A DNA stretch of 57,685 nucleotides, the filler included, from Nemertoderma westbladi (lineage: Eukaryota; Animalia; Xenacoelomorpha), in NCBI GenBank assembly GCA_032718475.1. It is 2 parts of 2 records of this genome, joined end to end, with 100 filler letters (N's around TTAATTAATTAA, not from the genome) between each part and the next. Parts side by side here need not be neighbours in the genome. Positions count along the whole stretch, not along the records: positions 27,356 to 57,685 come from JAUCBJ010004664.1; 1 more part is not named here. The stretch is one strand, 5' to 3'. A program made the position numbers and the translations under genes. The notes under the pieces were generated by a model. That model saw only the letters and a list, made by a program, of their open reading frames with translations. It did not search any database and had not been told where the DNA came from. Shown here piece by piece: positions 49,201-57,685 of this stretch (position 1 is its first letter; each line of letters begins with the position of its first letter).

Positions 49201-52200
49201 GGCGTTTATTTAATCATACAAGTGGGTAGGTAGACAAACATTGTGTGATCGTGGCGTTTATTTAATCATACAAGTGGGTAGACAAACATTGTGTGATCGT
49301 GGCGTTTATTTAATCATACAAGTGGGTAGGTAGACAAACATTGTGTGATCGTGGCGTTTATTTAATCATACAAGTGGGTAGACAAACATTGTGTGATCGT
49401 GGCGTTTATTTAATCATACAAGTGGGTAGGTAGACAAACATTGTGTGATCGTGGCGTTTATTTAATCATACAAGTGGGTAGACAAACATTGTGTGATCGT
49501 GGCGTTTATTTAATCATACAAGTGGGATAACAAACATTGTGTGATCGTGGCGTTTATTTAATCATACAAGTGGGTAGGTAGACAAACATTGTGTGATGGT
49601 GGCGTTTATTTAATCATACAAGTGGGTAGGTAGACAAACATTGTGTGATGGTGGCGTTTATTTAATCATACAAGTGGGTAGGTAGACAAACATTGTGTGA
49701 TGGTGGCGTTTATTTAATCATACAAGTGGGTAGGTAGACAAACATTGTGTGATGGTGGCGTTTATTTAATCATACAAGTGGGTAGGTAGACAAACATTGT
49801 GTGATCGTGGCGTTTATTTAATCATACAAGTGGGTAGGTAGACAAACATTGTGTGATCGTGGCGTTTATTTAATCATACAAGTGGGATAACAAACATTGT
49901 GTGATCGTGGTGTTTATTTAATCATACAAGTGGGTAGGTAGACAAACATTGTGTGATCGTGGCGTTTATTTAATCATACAAGTGGGTAGGTAGACAAACA
50001 TTGTGTGATCGTGGCGTTTATTTAATCATACAAGTGGGTAGGTAGACAAACATTGTGTGATCGTGGCGTTTATTTAATCATACAAGTAGGTAGACAAACA
50101 TTGTGTGATCGTGGCGTTTATTTAATCATACAAGTGGGATAACAAACATTGTGTGATCGTGGTGTTTATTTAATCATACAAGTGGGTAGGTAGACAAACA
50201 TTGTGTGATCGTGGCGTTTATTTAATCATACAAGTGGGTAGGTAGACAAACATTGTGTGATCGTGGCGTTTATTTAATCATACAAGTGGGTAGGTAGACA
50301 AACATTGTGTGATCGTGGCGTTTATTTAATCATACAAGTGGGATAACAAACATTGTGTGATCGTGGTGTTTATTTAATCATACAAGTGGGTAGGTAGACA
50401 AACATTGTGTGATCGTGGCGTTTATTTAATCATACAAGTGGGATAACAAACATTGTGTGATCGTGGCGTTTATTTAATCATACAAGTGGGTAGGTAGACA
50501 AACATTGTGTGATCGTGGCGTTTATTTAATCATACAAGTGGGTAGACAAACATTGTGTGATCGTGGCGTTTATTTAATCATACAAGTGGGTAGGTAGACA
50601 AACATTGTGTGATCGTGGCGTTTATTTAATCATACAAGTGGGTAGACAAACATTGTGTGATCGTGGCGTTTATTTAATCATACAAGTGGGTAGGTAGACA
50701 AACATTGTGTGATCGTGGCGTTTATTTAATCATACAAGTGGGTAGACAAACATTGTGTGATCGTGGCGTTTATTTAATCATACAAGTGGGATAACAAACA
50801 TTGTGTGATCGTGGCGTTTATTTAATCATACAAGTGGGTAGGTAGACAAACATTGTGTGATGGTGGCGTTTATTTAATCATACAAGTGGGTAGGTAGACA
50901 AACATTGTGTGATGGTGGCGTTTATTTAATCATACAAGTGGGTAGGTAGACAAACATTGTGTGATGGTGGCGTTTATTTAATCATACAAGTGGGTAGGTA
51001 GACAAACATTGTGTGATGGTGGCGTTTATTTAATCATACAAGTGGGTAGGTAGACAAACATTGTGTGATCGTGGCGTTTATTTAATCATACAAGTGGGTA
51101 GGTAGACAAACATTGTGTGATCGTGGCGTTTATTTAATCATACAAGTGGGATAACAAACATTGTGTGATCGTGGTGTTTATTTAATCATACAAGTGGGTA
51201 GGTAGACAAACATTGTGTGATCGTGGCGTTTATTTAATCATACAAGTGGGTAGGTAGACAAACATTGTGTGATCGTGGCGTTTATTTAATCATACAAGTG
51301 GGTAGGTAGACAAACATTGTGTGATCGTGGCGTTTATTTAATCATACAAGTAGGTAGACAAACATTGTGTGATCGTGGCGTTTATTTAATCATACAAGTG
51401 GGATAACAAACATTGTGTGATCGTGGTGTTTATTTAATCATACAAGTGGGTAGGTAGACAAACATTGTGTGATCGTGGCGTTTATTTAATCATACAAGTG
51501 GGTAGGTAGACAAACATTGTGTGATCGTGGCGTTTATTTAATCATACAAGTGGGTAGGTAGACAAACATTGTGTGATCGTGGCGTTTATTTAATCATACA
51601 AGTGGGATAACAAACATTGTGTGATCGTGGTGTTTATTTAATCATACAAGTGGGTAGGTAGACAAACATTGTGTGATCGTGGCGTTTATTTAATCATACA
51701 AGTGGGTAGGTAGACAAACATTGTGTGATCGTGGCGTTTATTTAATCATACAAGTGGGTAGGTAGACAAACATTGTGTGATCGTGGTGTTTATTTAATCA
51801 TAAGTGGGATAACAAACATTGTGTGATCGTGGCGTTTATTTAATCATACAAGTGGGTAGACAAACATTGTGTGATCGTGGCGTTTATTTAATCATACAAG
51901 TGGGTAGGTAGACAAACATTGTATGATCGTGGCGTTTATTTAATCATACAAGTGGGTAGGTAGACAAACATTGTGTGATGGTGGCGTTTATTTAATCATA
52001 CAAGTGGGTAGACAAACATTGTGTGATCGTGGCGTTTATTTAATCATACAAGTGGGTAGGTAGACAAACATTGTGTGATCGTGGCGTTTATTTAATCATA
52101 CAAGTGGGTAGACAAACATTGTGTGATCGTGGCGTTTATTTAATCATACAAGTGGGATAACAAACATTGTGTGATCGTGGCGTTTATTTAATCATACAAG

Positions 52201-55200
52201 TGGGTAGGTAGACAAACATTGTGTGATGGTGGCGTTTATTTAATCATACAAGTGGGTAGGTAGACAAACATTGTGTGATGGTGGCGTTTATTTAATCATA
52301 CAAGTGGGTAGGTAGACAAACATTGTGTGATCGTGGCGTTTATTTAATCATTCAAGTGGGTAGGTAGACAAACATTGTGTGATCGTGGCGTTTATTTAAT
52401 CATACAAGTGGGTAGGTAGACAAACATTGTGTGATCGTGGCGTTTATTTAATCATACAAGTAGGATAACAAACATTGTGTGATCGTGGCGTTTATTTAAT
52501 AATACAAGTGGGTAGACAAACATTGTGTGATCGTGGCGTTTATTTAATCATACAAGTGGGTAGGTAGACAAACATTGTGTGATCGTGGCGTTTATTTAAT
52601 CATTCAAGTGGGTAGGTAGACAAACATTGTGTGATCGTGGCGTTTATTTAATCATACAAGTGGGTAGGTAGACAAACATTGTGTGATCGTGGCGTTTATT
52701 TAATCATACAAGTGGGTAGGTAGACAAACATTGTGTGATCGTGGCGTTTATTTAATCATACAAATGGGTAGACAAACATTGTGTGATCGTGGCGTTTATT
52801 TAATCATACAAGTGGGTAGGTAGACAAACATTGTGTGATCGTGGCGTTTATTTAATCATACAAGTAGGATAACAAACATTGTGTGATCGTGGCGTTTATT
52901 TAATCATACAAGTGGGTAGGTAGACAAACATTGTGTGATCGTGGCGTTTATTTAATCATACAAGTAGGATAACAAACATTGTGTGATCGTGGCGTTTATT
53001 TAATCATACAAGTGGGTAGGTAGACAAACATTGTGTGATCGTGGCGTTTATTTAATCATACAAGTGGGTAGGTAGACAAACATTGTGTGATCGTGGCGTT
53101 TATTTAATCATACAAGTGGGTAGACAAACATTGTGTGATCGTGGCGTTTATTTAATCATACAAGTGGGTAGGTAGACAAACATTGTGTGATCGTGGCGAG
53201 TAGGTAGACAAACATTGTGTGATCGTGGCGTTTATTTAATCATACAAGTGGGTAGGTAGACAAACATTGTGTGATCGTGGCGTTTATTTAATCATACAAG
53301 TGGGTAGGTAGACAAACATTGTGTGATCGCGGCGTTTATTTAATCATACAAGTGGGTAGGTAGACAAACATTGTGTGATGGTGGCGTTTATTTAATCATA
53401 CAAGTGGGTAGGTAGACAAACATTGTGTGATCGTGGCGTTTATTTAATCATACAAGTGGGTAGGTAGACAAACATTGTGTGATCGCGGCGTTTATTTAAT
53501 CATACAAGTGGGTAGGTAGACAAACATTGTGTGATCGTGGCGTTTATTTAATCATACAAGTGGGTAGGTAGATAAACATTGTGTGATCGTGGCGTTTATT
53601 TAATCATACAAGTGGGATAACAAACATTGTGTGATCGTGGCGTTTATTTAATCATACAAGTGGGTAGGTAGACAAACATTGTGTGATCGTGGCGTTTATT
53701 TAATCATACAAGTGGGTAGACAAACATTGTGTGATCGTGGCGTTTATTTAATCATACAAGTGGGTAGGTAGACAAACATTGTGTGATCGTGGCGTTTATT
53801 TAATCATACAAGTGGGTAGACAAACATTGTGTGATCGTGGCGTTTATTTAATCATACAAGTGGGTAGGTAGACAAACATTGTGTGATCGTGGCGTTTATT
53901 TAATCATACAAGTGGGTAGACAAACATTGTGTGATCGTGGCGTTTATTTAATCATACAAGTGGGATAACAAACATTGTGTGATCGTGGCGTTTATTTAAT
54001 CATACAAGTGGGTAGGTAGACAAACATTGTGTGATGGTGGCGTTTATTTAATCATACAAGTGGGTAGGTAGACAAACATTGTGTGATGGTGGCGTTTATT
54101 TAATCATACAAGTGGGTAGGTAGACAAACATTGTGTGATGGTGGCGTTTATTTAATCATACAAGTGGGTAGGTAGACAAACATTGTGTGATGGTGGCGTT
54201 TATTTAATCATACAAGTGGGTAGGTAGACAAACATTGTGTGATCGTGGCGTTTATTTAATCATACAAGTGGGTAGGTAGACAAACATTGTGTGATCGTGG
54301 CGTTTATTTAATCATACAAGTGGGATAACAAACATTGTGTGATCGTGGTGTTTATTTAATCATACAAGTGGGTAGGTAGACAAACATTGTGTGATCGTGG
54401 CGTTTATTTAATCATACAAGTGGGTAGGTAGACAAACATTGTGTGATCGTGGCGTTTATTTAATCATACAAGTGGGTAGGTAGACAAACATTGTGTGATC
54501 GTGGCGTTTATTTAATCATACAAGTAGGTAGACAAACATTGTGTGATCGTGGCGTTTATTTAATCATACAAGTGGGATAACAAACATTGTGTGATCGTGG
54601 TGTTTATTTAATCATACAAGTGGGTAGGTAGACAAACATTGTGTGATCGTGGCGTTTATTTAATCATACAAGTGGGTAGGTAGACAAACATTGTGTGATC
54701 GTGGCGTTTATTTAATCATACAAGTGGGTAGGTAGACAAACATTGTGTGATCGTGGCGTTTATTTAATCATACAAGTGGGATAACAAACATTGTGTGATC
54801 GTGGTGTTTATTTAATCATACAAGTGGGTAGGTAGACAAACATTGTGTGATCGTGGCGTTTATTTAATCATACAAGTGGGTAGGTAGACAAACATTGTGT
54901 GATCGTGGCGTTTATTTAATCATACAAGTGGGTAGGTAGACAAACATTGTGTGATCGTGGTGTTTATTTAATCATACAAGTGGGTAGACAAACATTGTGT
55001 GATCGTGGCGTTTATTTAATCATACAAGTGGGTAGGTAGACAAACATTGTGTGATCGTGGCGTTTATTTAATCATACAAGTGGGTAGGTAGACAAACATT
55101 GTGTGATCGTGGTGTTTATTTAATCATACAAGTGGGTAGGTAGACAAACATTGTGTGATGGATCGTGGCGTTTATTTAATCATACAAGTGGGTAGGTAGA

Positions 55201-57685
55201 CAAACATTGTGTGATCGTGGCGTTTATTTAATCATACAAGTGGGTAGGTAGACAAACATTGTGTGATCGTGGCGTTTATTTAATCATACAAGTGGGTAGG
55301 TAGGCAAACATTGTGTGATCGTGGCGTTTATTTAATCATACAAGTGGGTAGGTAGACAAACATTGTGTGATCGTGGCGTTTATTTAATCATACAAGTGGG
55401 TAGGTAGACAAACATTGTGTGATCGTGGCGTTTATTTAATCATACAAGTGGGTAGGTAGACAAACATTGTGTGATCGTGGCGTTTATTTAATCATACAAG
55501 TGGGTAGACAAACATTGTGTGATCGTGGCGTTTATTTAATCATACAAGTGGGTAGGTAGACAAACATTGTGTGATCGTGGCGTTTATTTAATCATACAAG
55601 TGGGTAGGTAGACAAACATTGTGTGATCGTGGCGTTTATTTAATCATACAAGTAGGTAGGTAGACAAACATTGTGTGATCGTGGCGTTTATTTAATCATA
55701 CAAGTGGGTAGGTAGATAAACATTGTGTGATCGTGGCGTTTATTTAATCATACAAGTGGGATAACAAACATTGTGTGATCGTGGCGTTTATTTAATCATA
55801 CAAGCGGGTAGGTAGACAAACATTGTGTGATCGTGGCGTTTATTTAATCATACAAGTGGGTAGACAAACATTGTGTGATCGTGGCGTTTATTTAATCATA
55901 CAAGTGGGTAGGTAGACAAACATTGTGTGATCGTGGCGTTTATTTAATCATACAAGTGGGTAGACAAACATTGTGTGATCGTGGTGTTTATTTAATCATA
56001 AGTGGGATAACAAACATTGTGTGATCGTGGCGTTTATTTAATCATACAAGTGGGTAGGTAGACAAACATTGTGTGATCGTGGTGTTTATTTAATCATAAG
56101 TGGGATAACAAACATTGTGTGATCGTGGCTTTTATTTAATCATACAAGTGGGTAGGTAGACAAACATTGTGTGATCGTGGCGTTTATTTAATCATACAAG
56201 TGGGTAGACAAACATTGTGTGATCGTGGCTTTTATTTAATCATACAAGTGGGTAGGTAGACAAACATTGTGTGATCGTGGCGTTTATTTAATCATACAAG
56301 TGGGTAGACAAACATTGTGTGATCGTGGCGTTTATTTAATCATACAAGTGGGTAGGTAGACAAACATTGTGTGATCGTGGCGTTTATTTAATCATACAAG
56401 TGGGTAGACAAACATTGTGTGATCGTGGCGTTTATTTAATCATACAAGTGGGATAACAAACATTGTGTGATCGTGGCGTTTATTTAATCATACAAGTGGG
56501 ATAACAAACATTGTGTGATCGTGGCGTTTATTTAATCATACAAGTGGGTAGGTAGACAAACATTGTGTGATCGTGGCGTTTATTTAATCATAAGTGGGAT
56601 AACAAACATTGTGTGATCGTGGCTTTTATTTAATCATACAAGTGGGTAGGTAGACAAACATTGTGTGATCGTGGCGTTTATTTAATCATAAGTGGGATAA
56701 CAAACATTGTGTGATCGTGGCGTTTATTTAATCATACAAGTGGGTAGACAAACATTGTGTGATCGTGGCGTTTATTTAATCATACAAGTGGGTAGGTAGA
56801 CAAACATTGTATGATCGTGGCGTTTATTTAATCATACAAGTGGGTAGGTAGACAAACATTGTGTGATCGTGGCGTTTATTTAATCATACAAGTGGGTAGA
56901 CAAACATTGTGTGATCGTGGCGTTTATTTAATCATACAAGTGGGTAGGTAGACAAACATTGTATGATCGTGGCGTTTATTTAATCATACAAGTGGGTAGA
57001 CAAACATTGTGTGATCGTGGCGTTTATTTAATCATAAGTGGGATAACAAACATTGTGTGATCGTGGCTTTTATTTAATCATACAAGTGGGTAGGTAGACA
57101 AACATTGTGTGATCGTGGCTTTTATTTAATCATACAAGTGGGTAGGTAGACAAACATTGTGTGATCGTGGCGTTTATTTAATCATACAAGTGGGTAGACA
57201 AACATTGTGTGATCGTGGCGTTTATTTAATCATACAAGTGGGTAGGTAGACAAACATTGTGTGATCGTGGCGTTTATTTAATCATACAAGTGGGTAGACA
57301 AACATTGTGTGATCGTGGCGTTTATTTAATCATACAAGTGGGATAACAAACATTGTGTGATCGTGGCGTTTATTTAATCATACAAGTGGGATAACAAACA
57401 TTGTGTGATCGTGGTGTTTATTTAATCATAAGTGGGATAACAAACATTGTGTGATCGTGGCGTTTATTTAATCATACAAGTGGGTAGGTAGACAAACATT
57501 GTGTGATCGTGGCGTTTATTTAATCATACAAGTGGGTAGGTAGACAAACATTGTGTGATCGTGGCGTTTATTTAATAATACAAGTGGGTAGGTAGACAAA
57601 CATTGTGTGATCGTGGCGTTTATTTAATCATACAAGTGGGTAGGTAGACAAACATTGTGTGATCGTGGCGTTTATTTAATCATAC
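37207..57685 (+). repeat. More than 20-kb satellite, mostly 48/52-bp units (about 400 copies); unit = exon end + splice donor + intron start
   Basis: TTTATTTAATCATACAA|GTG(GGTA)1-2GACAAACATTGTGTGATCGTGGCG. The first 17 nt are the last 17 coding nt of exon 37062-37223. Runs off the window. Confidence 0.98.

Noticed and set aside
37207-57685. CRISPR array
   Set aside because: No unique spacers: units are head-to-tail near-identical monomers. The context is eukaryotic and no cas genes are present.

Overview
Eukaryotic genomic DNA, most likely from an invertebrate animal: AT-rich, GT-AG introns, animal-type transposons. A 100-bp scaffold gap at 27256-27355 means the two halves may not be truly adjacent. 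Host genes are the 5' part of UPF1 (two exons, minus strand), single-ORF PYROXD1 and STX18 (minus), and IPT/TIG-domain exons of a plexin/MET-type receptor (plus). Between them lie a decayed LINE, a four-level nest of DNA transposons (pogo > EnSpm-like with a DUF4806-like gene > 8-bp-TSD element > EnSpm-like), several MITEs and a Penelope-like hammerhead/hairpin. The most striking pattern is that tandem arrays are seeded precisely on splice sites. A >20-kb satellite of about 400 copies of the receptor's exon end plus 5' splice donor fills the right third of the window. A similar donor-copying array starts at a UPF1 exon end, and the same receptor exon also has its acceptor duplicated. A third G-rich array with the same GGTAGG core starts right after the DUF4806-like stop codon. 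All family assignments come from motif recognition by eye; no database searches were run.
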